A DNA stretch of 64,000 nt from Octopus sinensis (Eukaryota), in assembly GCF_006345805.1 (NCBI RefSeq), contig NC_043003.1, forward strand, positions 64,418,001 through 64,482,000, read 5' to 3'. Positions within the stretch are counted from its first letter, which is position 1. The number at the start of each line of letters is the position of its first letter. The position numbers were made by a program, and so were the translations under genes. The notes under the pieces were generated by a model. That model saw only the letters and a program-made list of their open reading frames with translations, did no database searches and was not told the origin of the DNA. This document shows positions 39,109 through 52,111 of this stretch, piece after piece.

Positions 39109-40564
39109 TGGTATATGTATATATATATATGATATATATATAATATATATGTGTGTGTGTATATATATGTATGTATATATAATATATATATATATAGGTA
39201 TATAATCTAAGATAGTATTATATATATACATATAGATTATGTATATAATATATACATATAGATATGTATATATATCGGTATGTATATATAGTATCACAGT
39301 GGCTGACGTGTTTTCGCCGCTCCTGACCTGTCGCGGCCGAGAACCGAAGACACAGAAGACACAGAATAACAAATACAACCCAGCAGGATTACTGATAAAC
39401 AACTGTAATTACTAGAAGATCTACTACTTTCTGTGAGTAATTTGAATTTCCCTCAAAATAAGTTAAAGAATTCCAAACCTACAGTTTGGGACAAAAATTT
39501 TAGAATCATAAATATCTCCATTTTTGTTGTGAACATTTTGCCGTCACCTCTTCCTTGAGTATCAGATTATGTAAAATGCCTTTATTGTAACAACACAATT
39601 AAATGCACGCTAAAAGTATGACACCACAATTAAATGCACGCTAAAAGTATGGACGTAAACACCAGCTAACCTTTATCTTCTTCTTGACATACCTTTTATT
39701 GCAATTGCATTATTAAACACGCGGAGAATAAGAAGAAAAAAAAGAAAAAAAAGAAAGAAAATACTATTTATAGTTTTGCTCTGCTCGTACATGACTCTAT
39801 TCACAAGTACTGCTTATAGTCGGCCCCTCCTTTGATTTTTCTCAAAGTCAAGGTCACTGTTTCACAAGTTCCATCACACACTGTTGCGGTCAATTTGAAC
39901 TCTATTTGACCGACCGTTCTTCATCTCACTTCATGAGCTATTTACTACTGCTGCTATCAGAATTTACTGCAGTTACTACTATCGCTACAATTAGAAACAT
40001 TCAGTTGACGATTGAAACCGAAATATCTTTCTCCGGGTCTGAAGTTATACGGTGGCACCAACGAAAAGCCCTTTCTTTCTCTGTGCTGGAGAAGAAGAAA
40101 ATAGAATTTACTATAAAAACAACCCCCAGCCCTCCCTCCAACGTATAATTTACTTTAAAAAGAAATACTTTAAAAGGGAAAAACGTGAGAAAAAAAAAGA
40201 AAAATTAATAATCTAATTTAACAATAGACAAAAACATGTGCCTTCTCGCACATAAACACAGTATTCAAACATGCGCAGATGCAATTATTGAAGTACTAAA
40301 TGGCACGTCAATGATATTAATCGTGTGGAACATGTTTAATGCATATCAATATTCCTAAAAGCTGCTTCAGACAATTAGGAAGGGTTCCCGACTCGTTGCA
40401 CCGTCTGCTTTCAATCTTGGATTGTGATTCGGCTCAGCCCAAACTCTCTCAGTTTTAGTCTGCTGTGCCTACTCCTACAAGGATTGCACCTGTTTTTTGT
40501 TCCTGATTTAACCCCGATTTCTTCCTAGAGCCCATAGAGGATTGTTTTTAGTCAACCATCCATC

Positions 40565-42008
40565 ATGTCAGCTACCTACGCATCGAAACTGAGATCTGCA
40601 AGTAGGGCTTCTCATCAAGATGATGGTCCTACCAACAGTCAGCTCAACGAACAGTTTGCTGTTGCTCAAACAAAGGTTGAGCACCTAAAGTCTGTTGTTG
40701 CTCTCTACTGAATAAACAGTCTCCTGTTGACGCAGAGTCACCCTTGATTCTTCCCTGGAGACGTCCAAACCGAAAGAGAACAAATCGAGGCGGCCAAAGA
40801 AGGCGAAGGAACCGGCGGTCGTTTCTGCACATGATCGTTCCCGTGTGGATTCTTCCTCATCTGCCTTTTCGGTCCGGAGGTTCCCCAACCTAATTTGAGG
40901 AGCGTAGACTCAAACCCACCTGAAGACCGTTGTTCTCCCAAAAAGAAGAAACGTCGTCAAAACTCCAGTGGGGCGGATTTAGCTATGAAACCTGACCACG
41001 ATAAACGGTCTCCTGTTGACGCAGAGTCACCCTTGATTTCTTCCCTGGAGACGTCCAAACCGAAGGGAACAAAATCGAAGCGACCAAAGAAGGCGAAGGA
41101 ACCGGCGGTCGTTCCTGCACATGATCGTTCCTGTGCGGATTCTTCCTCATCTGCCTTTTCGGTCCCGGAGGTTCCCCAACCTAGTTCGAGGAGCGTAGAC
41201 TCAAACCCACCTGAAGACCGTTGTTCTCCCCAAAAGAGAGAAACGTAGTCAAAACTCCAGAGGGCAGATTTGGCTATGAAACCTGATCACGATAAAATCT
41301 GTTTGGATTCTCCTTCACTTGTCCTTCCCATTAATGCCATTGCTCAACCAATTCTGAACGATCTCGATGTGGGTTCATCTGGGGAGTGGTTGCTCCCCCA
41401 AACCGAAGAAGAGGCAGTGCAGTTCCAAACCAGGCGGGAAAATTATGACCACTAAATCCATTCCGATCGACCCCACAGGCCGACATAAGTCCGATGGCTA
41501 TGAAACCACTCTTTCGAAATCCTCCAACGAAGAATCGAATACCGCAGCTCATAGTAGAGAACTTTTTGCCCACTCAAGATCGGCAATAATATATGGCAAA
41601 GCGGAATCCACCTGTGATACAGGCATAAACCGCCTAAAAGATGACATTAATTTTGTTTCCATTTTGGTTGGAAAATTGTTCTCTGTGAACGAAAATGTCG
41701 CTCGGCTAGGAAGATTCCAAGCGAACCCAACCGCAGATACTAGACCACGCCCAATAAGGGTAATCTTTTCTTCTGATCGGGAGGCTTCAGTCTTTCTGAA
41801 CAGAGCTCAGACGCATGCCTGGGAGGACCCCAATATGGGTTTTCGCGAGGAATACTCACTAAGAGAGAGAATTCGCCGGAGGAACCTGATATCCGAGCTA
41901 AAGATGAGGAAACAAATGGGAGAGAAGGGTTTACGAATCCAAGATGGACAGATAATCAAGTCCTACCTCTGGTCCCATGCTGTAGTGCTGACAGGGAAAG
42001 TGATGTGA
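40565..42008 (+). CDS. LINE ORF1 (apparent frameshifts), containing a 291 nt tandem duplication
   Basis: ATG at 40565; C-terminal RSAIIYG..RLGRF..RPRPIRVIF..FREEYSLRER...GLRIQDGQI, typical of CR1/L2-group ORF1. Confidence 0.75.
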
Positions 42009-42029
42009 GGGCAAATCGAAGTGAAGTGA

Positions 42030-44888
42030 TACCCCCGTCAACGATGCTATCTCTGATGCCCTTTATTCTGCTTGTTCCCCAACTCCCGCCCCTCAGACTT
42101 CACAGCTCAGCATCGTCTACACCAACTCGTGCTCCTTATTCCCAAAGTTCAGTGAACTATTTACACTGGCCCTACGCGACTCCCCTGATGTGATAGCTAT
42201 CACCGAGACTTGGCTGACTCCAGCAGTAAAGGACTCAGAGATCCACCTGCAGGGCTACGTCCTTTTCAGATGTGACAGGGAAAAAGGCGAGGTGGGGGTG
42301 TTGCTGTGTATGTTAAGTCTGAGCACAAACCGTCCTGCGGTATTCTACCCACAAATGCTCAACCTACAACCAAATTCGATGCCGTCTATTGCAAGCTGAG
42401 CCTATCTGAGTTTTGCCTGCCCGTGTTGGCTGTCTACAGGCCGCCTCTAGCCGACCCCCAGGACGATGCTCATCTACTCGAGGCGATAAGATTCGTTTCA
42501 GCTTCGCATGACTGCTTGGTACTAGGCGACTTCAACGCTCCCACGATCGATTGGCCCGCATCAATTTGTACAACATCTTCCCGGTTCGGCCAGGCCCTTC
42601 TTGACGTGGCTGAAGATTGTTTTCTATCGCAACATGTTGAATATCCGACAAGGCATCGGTCTGGGCAGCAGCCATCTATGCTAGATCTGGTATTCTCCCG
42701 CTATCCAAGATCAGTGTCAGACGTATCTGTGTGCGCCCCTCTTGCCAAGAGTGATCATGCGGTCCTGAAGTTCGTCATGCACACAACTTTTTCCACGCCC
42801 ACGATTACTTCGCTGCCACGTAGAGTCTTCTCTGCAATTAATCTTGAAATTCTAACCGAGGCTTCCGCGCTTCTGGACTGGCGTCCCTGATGACGTTGTC
42901 CTCAGTTGACGAACTATGGTCATCCCTCAAAGCATATGTAATCTGTTTGACTGACCAGGCAGTTCCCGTTGGACTTCCCAAGAGGAAGAAACACAAGCCC
43001 TGGGTGACGAAGAAGGTTAAACGAGAACGTCGACTCAGAGATATTGCTTGGGCTGAATTCAAAAATCTGGATTCGACTGCAGCTTTTGAGGTGTACAAAA
43101 CTCAACGAGACCGAGCCGTGAAAATTGAAAAGAAAGAACGCTTCAGTTATGAATACAAAATCGCGGCAAATGCCAGTAGCAATCCAAAAACCTTCTTTGC
43201 CCATGTCCAGCGGAATTCCCGCTTGAACAACCAGATTGCAACGTTGGTAGACTCAACAGGCGTATCGATTGAGGACCCTTATCAACAGAGTCAATTATTT
43301 GCCGAGGCTTTTTCAACTATTTTCAAACAAGATGATGGTCGTGAACCCCCTCCATTTGATAGATCGGTACCTCCAATGCTTCGATTGATCATCACGCGGG
43401 ACCAAGTCAAACGTGTTATTCAAGGCCTCGATGTCAACAGGGTCACGGCCCTGACGGCATACACCCACGGGTTATCAAAGCGTTGGCTCCGGTCATCTGC
43501 GAGCCTTCCAACACGACTATTCAATATGTCATTGGCGACGGGTGTTATACCTGCAGACTGGAGAACAGCGATAATCTGCCCAATTTTCAAGAAAGGGAGC
43601 CGCGAAGACCCGCTTAACTACCGACCGGTTTCCCTTACATCAATAATCAGCAAGATGTTCGAAACCATCCTTAAGAAAAGTATGATGCTCCACCTCCTAA
43701 ACACAGCCTATCACTGATTCCCAACACGGCTTCGTGCCGAAGAGATCATGCTTGACCAACTTACTAGTAATGGAAGAATTGGTGACGCGCATCCTCGATG
43801 ATAGTGATGCTGTTGACATCGTTTTATTGGACTTTGCCAAAGCTTTTGACTCGGTAAACCACCGCCTACTACTTGTCAAGCTTCAAGCATATAGTTTCCA
43901 TCCGGATATTGTACGATGGGTTGGTGCCTTCCTCTCAGATCGCTCCTTCCAAGTTCAAGTTAATGGTTCGCGGTCCGACGTCTCCAGTGCGAGCAGTGGC
44001 GTGCCTCAAGGTTCAGTGCTTGGGCCCTTGTTGTTCTTAGTCTTCATAAATGACTTGCCCGACGACCTCACGCAACACACCCTTCTATTTGCCGACGATA
44101 TCAAACTGGTCGCTCCTCGCGGTAGTATAGAGGATCTTCGTCGATGCCTCCACCAAATTTGGAAGTGGTCTAACGATTGGGACCTGTGTCTGAACGTGTC
44201 AAAGTGCTGTCATCTGCCTGTCGGCTCTACTCCTGCAACTCAACTTGATTTCGAGCCGGGTCGTCTGCTGCTGGAGAGGACCGATCAGGTAAAGGACCTG
44301 GGTATCTTGGTGGATTCCTCCTTTTCGCCTTCGGCCCAGTGCGTCCATGCTGCCAACAAAGCGCGCGGAATTCTGTTTTTGATTCGACGGTCATTCGGAA
44401 TGCTCACAGCAGCCATATTCCTAGCCACTCTATGTCACGCTGGTGAGACCCATATTGGAGTATGGGATTCAAGCCTCTTCTCCTTATCTCCTCAAAGACA
44501 TACAGCACCTCGAAAGAGTCCAGAGGCTGGCTACCCGCATGGTTCATGGTCTCAAAAATTTGTCCTACGAAGAAAGGCTGAGGACGCTCGACCTTTATTC
44601 TCTTGAAAAACGCCGCCGCCGTGGTGATCTCATTCTCGCCCACAACATCATAAGCGGGAAGTGTAACCTCTCGAAAGAGCTGTTCTTCACTCCTGCTCCG
44701 GAGCGTCGGCTGCGGGGTCATTCCGAAAAGCTCTACCTGCGACGATTTCATCTCAATCGAAGGAGAGGAGCTTTCTCCGTCCGGGTTGCGGATCCGTGGA
44801 ACAAGCTGCCAGACGAGATGGTGAAGATGCCGACGACCGCTTTGTTCAAAGCCTCCCTGGACCTCAAGTGGCCTGAACTCTTACATGA
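42030..44888 (+). CDS. LINE ORF2: apurinic endonuclease + reverse transcriptase (apparent frameshifts)
   Basis: IAITETWL, VLGDFNAP, LDLVF, SDH; NYRPVSLTS, LLDFAKAFDSV, GVPQGSVLGPLLF, FADDIK, LEKRRRRGDLI; start approximate. Confidence 0.9.
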
Positions 44889-45276
44889 ACACCACCCTGT
44901 ACTTAACTCCATGTCCCCCTACATGGCCTTGCTATTTGCTTTTGAGCCAAATTAACTAACTAAACTAACTAACATATTAGATATGTATATTTAAGTAGTT
45001 GAATGATTATCTTAGTTGGATAATTCGGTAACCGTACCTGGGTAGCAAATCACGTCAGAAAAAACACGGTTGAAGCTACATGCCAAGGGCGAAGATCACG
45101 TGTTTTCGTGTGGAAATTTGTGTTTTTTAATACAAATAAATGAAAGAACTCCATTCTTTCATTTATTTGTATATATATATGTATGTATATATATATATAG
45201 ATATAGTATATATATATATATATATTATATTATATATATATATCTATAATATATATATATATGTATATTATATATA

Positions 45277-45309
<33 letters not shown>

Positions 45310-45315
45310 GATAAT

Positions 45316-45348
<33 letters not shown>

Positions 45349-45909
45349 AGCTGTGGCTCGCGCAAGGTTTCACATTCACATTTCAAATATAAGTGAATAT
45401 AATAAATACACGTCATAATACTCTCTAAGAACACAGTTTGGCTGTGCATCTCTTTGTTTCTATAAGTGTTTAATACAGTTTCTATTATCTTTACAACGGG
45501 GGCGTTGGTAAAATGTATCCAATAGTAAACCAGCAACTACACTAACAGTTTGAAGAAACCATTGCTGTCCTCTAAAATGAAATTAATAGTTTGTTGAATA
45601 GAAGACATGTTATATAAATAGATGTAATATCTATGAGCTCTCCATTAGGACCAATGTTTGCCACGTTCTCTATGGCCACAATATAAAAAAAATTAGATGT
45701 GATGATACAGACATACATAATAGATCAGTAGTGCTGGCGATGTATAGAAATGAATACATTGGAAAGAGTTGAAAGATAAACGGATGGCTTAGAAAACAAA
45801 TTTGCCTTTAAAAAATTCAGTACGCTGAAGAATTTAAAAGAATATTTGCGATACATTAACTGTTTTTAGATTGAGAATTTGAAATAAAATAACAGAGATA
45901 TTATTTTCT

Positions 45910-46278
45910 ACTCTAGGCACAAAGCCCGAAATTTTTGAAGAGGAGGCCAGTCGATTAGATCGACCTCAGTACACAAGTGGTACTTAATTTATCGACCACG
46001 AAAAGATGGAAAGCAAAAATCAACCACTGACAGACGAAATACCTATTTCTTTATTACCCACAAGGGGCTAAACATAGAGGGGACAAACAAGGACAGACAT
46101 AGGTATTAAGTCGATTACATCGACCCCAGTGCGAAACTGGTACTTAATTTATCGACCCCGAAAGGATGAAAGGCAAAGTCGACCTCGGCGGAATTTGAAC
46201 TCACAACGTAATGGCAGACGAAATACCGCTAAGCATTTCGCCCGGCGTGCTAACGTTTCTGTCAGTTCGCCTCCTTAA
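45910..46278 (-). mobile_element. Dimeric SINE family B
   Basis: Reverse complement of the 35322-35712 layout. Confidence 0.85.
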
Positions 46279-46764
46279 AATTACAGATATATCAAGATGA
46301 CTTACGCTAACGGCAGTAACAAATATACTTTCTTGCAGAGATAGTGAATGTCCACAGATACAGAAAATTTAAGTGGAGAAATTTCTCCTGAGACAAGCGT
46401 TTAAAATCCACCCCCAGAAAACAAAGCAATACACCCAGAAATTAAACACTATTAAAAAAGAATCAATGAGTACAATATGTCATTAGTCTAGCCCATAACG
46501 CAATGAGGAAGCAATTTTAAACGTAATAGATCTTATGAAGTAATATACAAAATATATGAAAACACATAATATAGTACCTCGGTTTACACATAATGTAGTA
46601 CCTCGGTTTACAAACAACTCTGATCACGAATAAATCGTGCTTTATATGTATATATATATATATAGTGTACATTTAAACACAAGAGAAACTACCTTTAACA
46701 GGTAATTTTGCACGCTAGAAGAAGCGGTAAAAAACGACCGAAACCACATTTAAGAGTAATTTCG

Positions 46765-47015
46765 AACCGCTAAGTTACGGGGACGTAAACACACCTACAT
46801 CGGTTGTCAAGCGAAGTTGGGGAGACAAACGCACACACACATATGTATATACGACGGGCTTCTTTCAGTTTCTGTCTACCAAATCCACTCACAATGCTTT
46901 GCTCGGCCCGAGGCTATAGTAGAAGACACTTGTCCAAGGTGCCACGCAGTGGGACTGAACCCGGAACCATGTGGTTGGTAAGCAAGCTACTTACCACACA
47001 GCGACTCCTGTGCCT
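46765..47015 (-). mobile_element. SINE family A
   Basis: High similarity to 6835-7255. Confidence 0.85.
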
Positions 47016-47052
47016 ATGTGCATATCTGTATATACATAAATGATTAAATCAG

Positions 47053-47134
<82 letters not shown>

Positions 47135-47145
47135 GTGTGTGTATA

Positions 47146-47184
<39 letters not shown>

Positions 47185-48152
47185 TATATATACATATATA
47201 TACATACACATACATACATACATACATACATACATACATACATACATACATACATACATACATACATACATACATACATACATACATACAAGTGTATATA
47301 TGTAATGATATAACTATTATACGTTTGTATGTTGGATAAATATTATCAGGCGATGGAGTGTGTTTCTCAAGACCGAAATAATTACGCAAACATTAAGAAA
47401 ATTCACGTATATATATGAAAATATGTTACGAAAGGTTCCTCACACCCTCGAAAAGAAAACAGAAATTTGAATAACTGAAGGAACACACCCGACCACACAC
47501 GCACACACACATATACATACGGACGCATGCACACACATACACACACACACAGACGTTTATATGAGTTTATATGGGAGCAAAAACGTAGTGTGTCTGGAAT
47601 TAAATTCATAAACACAGTTGCAAGCATATATTTAATATACATATGTTTTCATGTGAAAATAAGCCATAAACTACGTTAACAAACCACAGTGTTCTGAGCA
47701 ACAAGGAAGGAGAACCCGATATTCTAACACATACATACATACATACATACATACATAATATACATACATACATACATACATACATACATACATACATACG
47801 TACGTACATACATACATACATATACATACATACATACATACATACATACATACATACATACATACATACATACAGTAAAAATGTGTAAGGCTTTTCTCAA
47901 GTTTCAAATGTGAATTTGTGTTAACTACATCCCAAAGATGGAGCTTTGTATCTTTGTTGGAAACCGGGTCCCACCCCAATGAAAGAGTTATAATAATTGA
48001 AAAATAGAAGACAGACACACACACACAAACGCGGATGTCTGGTTAGAAATTTGCATTCCAGTCACATGGTTCCGGGTTTAGTCCCACAGTGGTACCTTGG
48101 GGAAGTTTTGATTTGGTAGACGGAAACTGAAAGAAGACCAAGTTATATATAT

Positions 48153-49715
48153 GTTAGTTAGTTAGTTAGTTAATTTGGCTCAAAAGCAAATAGCAAGGCC
48201 ATGTAGGGGGACATGGAGTTAAGTACAGGGTGGTGTTCATGTAAAGAGTTCAGGCCACTTGAGGTCAGGGGAGGCTTGAAGGCTTTGACAAAGCGGTCAT
48301 CGGCATCTTCACCATCTCGTCTGGCAGCTTTGTTCACGGATCCGCAACCCGGACGGAGAAATCCTCTCCTTCGATTGAGATGAAATCGTCGCAGGTAGAG
48401 CTTTTCGGAATGACCCCGCAGCCGACGCTCTGGAGCAGGAGTGAAGAACAGCTCTTCGAGAGGTTACACTTTCCGCTTATGATGTTGTGGCGAGAATGAG
48501 ATCACCACGGCGGCGGCGTTTTTCAAGAGAATAAAGGTCGAGCGTCCTCAGCCTTTCTTCATAGGACAAATTTTGAGACCATGAACCATGCGAGTAGCCA
48601 GCTTCTGGACTCTTTCGAGATGCTGTATGTCTTTGAGGAGATAAGGAGAAGAGGCTTGAATCCCATACTCCAATATGGGTCTCACCAGCGTGACATAGAG
48701 TGGTAGGAATATGGCTGCTGTGAGCATTCCGAATAACCGTCGAATCAAGAACAGAATTCCGCGTGCTTTGTTGGCAGCATGGACGCACTGGGCCGAAGGC
48801 GAAAAGGAGGAATCCACCAAGATACCCAAGTCCTTTACCTGATCGGTCCTCTCCAGTAGCAGACGACCCGGCTCGAAATCAAGTTGAGTTGCAGGAGGAG
48901 AGCCAACAACCAGATGACAGCATTTTGACACGTTCAGACACAGGTCTCATTCGTTAGACCACTTCCAAATTTGGTGGAGGCATCGACGAAGATCCTCTAT
49001 ATCACCGCGAGGAGCGACCAGTTTGATATCGTCGGCAAATAGAAGGGTGTGTTGCGTGAGGTCGTCGGGCAAGTCATTTATGAAGACTAAGAACAACAAG
49101 GGCCCAAGCACTGAACCTTGACGCACGCCACTGCTCGCACTGGAGACGTCGGACCGCGAACCATTAACTTGAACTTGGAAGGAGCGATCTGAGAGGAAGG
49201 CACCAACCCATCGTACAATATCCGGATGGAAACTATATGCTTGAAGCTTGACAAGTAATAGGCGGTGGTTTACCGAGTCAAAAGCTTTGGCAAAGTCCAA
49301 TAAAACGATGTCAACAGCATCACTATCATCGAGGATGCGCGTCACCAATTCTTCCATTACCAGTAAGTTGGTCAAGCATGATCTCTTCGGTACGAAGCCG
49401 TGTTGGGAATCAGAGATAGAGGCTGTGTTTTGGAGGTGGAGCATCATACTTTTCTTAAGGATGGTTTCGAACATCTTGCTGATTATTGATGTAAGGGAAA
49501 CCGGTCGGTAGTTAAGCGGGTCTTCGCGGCTCCCTTTCTTGAAAATTGGGCAGATTATCGCTGTTCTCCAGTCCGCAGGTATAACACCCGTCGCCAATGA
49601 CATATTGAATAGACGTGTTAAGGGCTCGCAGATGACCGGAGCCAACGCTTTGATAACCCGTGGGTGTATGCCATCAGGGCCGTGACCCTTGTTGACATCG
49701 AGGCCTTGAATAACA
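48153..49715 (-). mobile_element. 5'-truncated copy of the same CR1-type LINE, inserted in the (TA)n tail of a SINE
   Basis: Nearly identical to ~43417-44973; (GTTA)n tail at 48153; ATATAT on both flanks. Confidence 0.95.
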
Positions 49716-49724
49716 TATATATAT

Positions 49725-50110
49725 ATATATAGTGAAAATTTACAAAAAAAAAACTAAAAACAAAAGACGAAGACGGGTGTGTAAACAAGATGTATTAGTT
49801 TAACGCTCGGGAAGTGAGAAAGTCTTTTATGTTTCGAGCCTATGCACTTTAACAGAAAGGAACACAGAAATAAAAGGGGGAGAAAATAGAAAATAGAATG
49901 AGAAAAAAATATATATGTATACATACCTAAATATATATAACCGCATGTGAATCATTGGTAATTTTTTTTCCTCCTGTATCTGAAGAAGAGTTTTGCACGA
50001 AACATAAAACCATCTTTCTTCCTTTCCCTGAGCGTCTGCTAATACTTTGTATCTACCACATCCTCGCGTTGCTGTTTGTATCTTGTGTTTGATCTTCGTT
50101 TTTTTGGGGG
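49725..50110. mobile_element. Decayed PLE-pLTR-like repeats
   Basis: Contain ..GCTCGAAAC (minus) and CTGAAGAAGAG..CGAAAC (plus) relic motifs; stems not recoverable. Confidence 0.35.
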
Positions 50111-50139
50111 GGATTTATTATATATATAAATATATATAT

Positions 50140-50450
50140 AATATAAACAGCAGTTTGCAATATTTCACTAGAGGAGAATTATAAATGTCACCAAATATAA
50201 ATATAACTTGGATGTTAGAAAACAGGGACTTTAATCGTCCGAAAATTGCAGATCGAGAATTCCTAATACTGACATCAGTTTCGGCAGTTTCCGTTGCTTC
50301 ATCAGTTAAGGCTGGTTGGAACTTCGCCTCTTTTCGGACTCGCTTCTCTATTTGTATATATGTTTCGTTATTCAAATTAATGAGTATACATGAAATTAAT
50401 ATAAACAGCAGTTTGTAATATTTCACCGACAAAGGAAAATTGTTTACATT
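50140..50450 (-). mobile_element. 258 bp unit with ~50 bp terminal direct repeat containing a hammerhead (PLE pLTR or retrozyme-like)
   Basis: TAATATAAACAGCAGTTTG.AATATTTCAC at ~50140 and ~50398. Confidence 0.65.
50262..50311 (-). ncRNA. Type I hammerhead ribozyme with canonical core and GUA cleavage site
   Basis: Minus strand CCTTAA-CTGATGA-aGCA acggaaac TGCc-GAAA-CTG atgt CAG-TA-TTAGG. Confidence 0.75.
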
Positions 50451-50596
50451 TATGTGCGTTGAGTTCAGCATCAGAGCATTTTAGCTCTTGTGTCTAGCAA
50501 TGTAGGTGTTTCTAACACCCTACTCACATTTAATGACAATATTAATTCTGCAAAAATCTTCATAAACTGTTACTCTGAGTTTCACGTTCCCGTTCG

Positions 50597-50733
<137 letters not shown>

Positions 50734-51584
50734 GTCCCAAGGTTTGCACAACATTCATGGCACAATTACACCGTAACATGGTTTATTCTTGGGGCAATAT
50801 TTTTGTTTTTATAACATAAACGGAAATACTACTTCGTTATTTCCGTTTCGGTATTTGATTTTCCTATCATTTATATTCATTTCATTTTTCCGGTCATGAA
50901 GTAGACCGTTCAGTAAACAAGCATTTTAATTAGAATTATATACATATTGTGTTAAATATTTTCGAGATTATATGATAATCTGAAATGTTAAGAAAATCGA
51001 CGTATCTAGAAATGTACTAGATCAACTTTGATTTGCTAATAGGTGCTACGAATTTGTACATGAAATAGGAAACATGTAAGATATCTCCTATTAGAAATAA
51101 TTCAGAGATTTAAATAATGTTTATTGATTCTCTGAAGAATTTCTAATATTAAATATTTTACATGTTTTCTACTACATGTATAGTTTTTTAAGTCCTATGA
51201 GCAAATGAAACTCGTATAATGGAGAATAAAAAATTCTGATCTATTTTGATATTATCACTCCGCAGAAAATATTTTTCAGCATTTCCAACTCTTATGCATA
51301 ACTCACACAAATATAACATTCACAGGTACATTTAGAATACTGAAATAAAAAGATGTGCTTTAAGAGGATACAGCTTGGATTTTAAACCTAAATCAATATT
51401 AAAACAAAAATGGTTCCATAGAATCTGCGAAATCACTCAATATATAAGAGGTAAATATTAGAATAATTGCTAGAATAATTGATAGGAGCAGACAATAATT
51501 AAAAGATTCTTCAGTCTAACCCAAAGATTAGAAAATCATTATTTTTAAATATTATAACGAGAGATAATCAGCAACAGTACTTTG

Positions 51585-51791
51585 TAGTAAAGATTGTTTG
51601 CCAACATAACTTGGCAGTCCTGGTTTTGGACGAATGTTGCTGTAATTTAGCCCCAGGAGACATCGTCTCCAGTTGGCTAAACGACACGATCTGTGTCCTT
51701 ATACGACACGATCTGTGTTATGGGGCTAAATTACTGCAACATTTGTCCAAAGCTTAGACTGCCATGTTATGTTGGCAAGCAATCTTTACTA
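51585..51791. mobile_element. MITE/foldback with ~75 bp TIRs, sharing an internal module with 57883-58263
   Basis: TAGTAAAGATTGTTTGCCAACATAAC...GTTATGTTGGCAAGCAATCTTTACTA. Confidence 0.85.
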
Positions 51792-52111
51792 TATATAACC
51801 CTAAGATGTTTGGTAATTTTAAAACACTCATCACGCACGCGTGGTATTATTGTGAAAAGAACAGAAGTATTATTTTACCTAAAATATAAAACTCAATATA
51901 ACAACAGAGCCTTCTCCCAATTATGTATGTATATGTACATGCATTTATGTATGTATGTATGTATGTATGTATGTATGTATGTATGTATGTATGTATGTAT
52001 GAATGTATGTATGTATGTATGTATATATGTATGTATGCATGTATATGACTATATGTATGTATATGACTACATGTATTCATATATAAATGCGTGCGCATTT
52101 ATATTTTTATA

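Larger units (their letters stand above)
40381..44973 (+). mobile_element. Near full-length young CR1-type LINE (ORF1 + APE/RT ORF2) with (TAAC)n tail
   Basis: Abrupt GC rise; two ORFs; 3' tail AATTAACTAACTAAACTAACTAAC; 5' boundary approximate. Confidence 0.9.

Noticed and set aside
49800-50010. Two relic HHR-like motifs (..GCTCGAAAC minus; CTGAAGAAGAG..CGAAAC plus)
   Set aside because: No stem I pairing recoverable; kept only as low-confidence repeat
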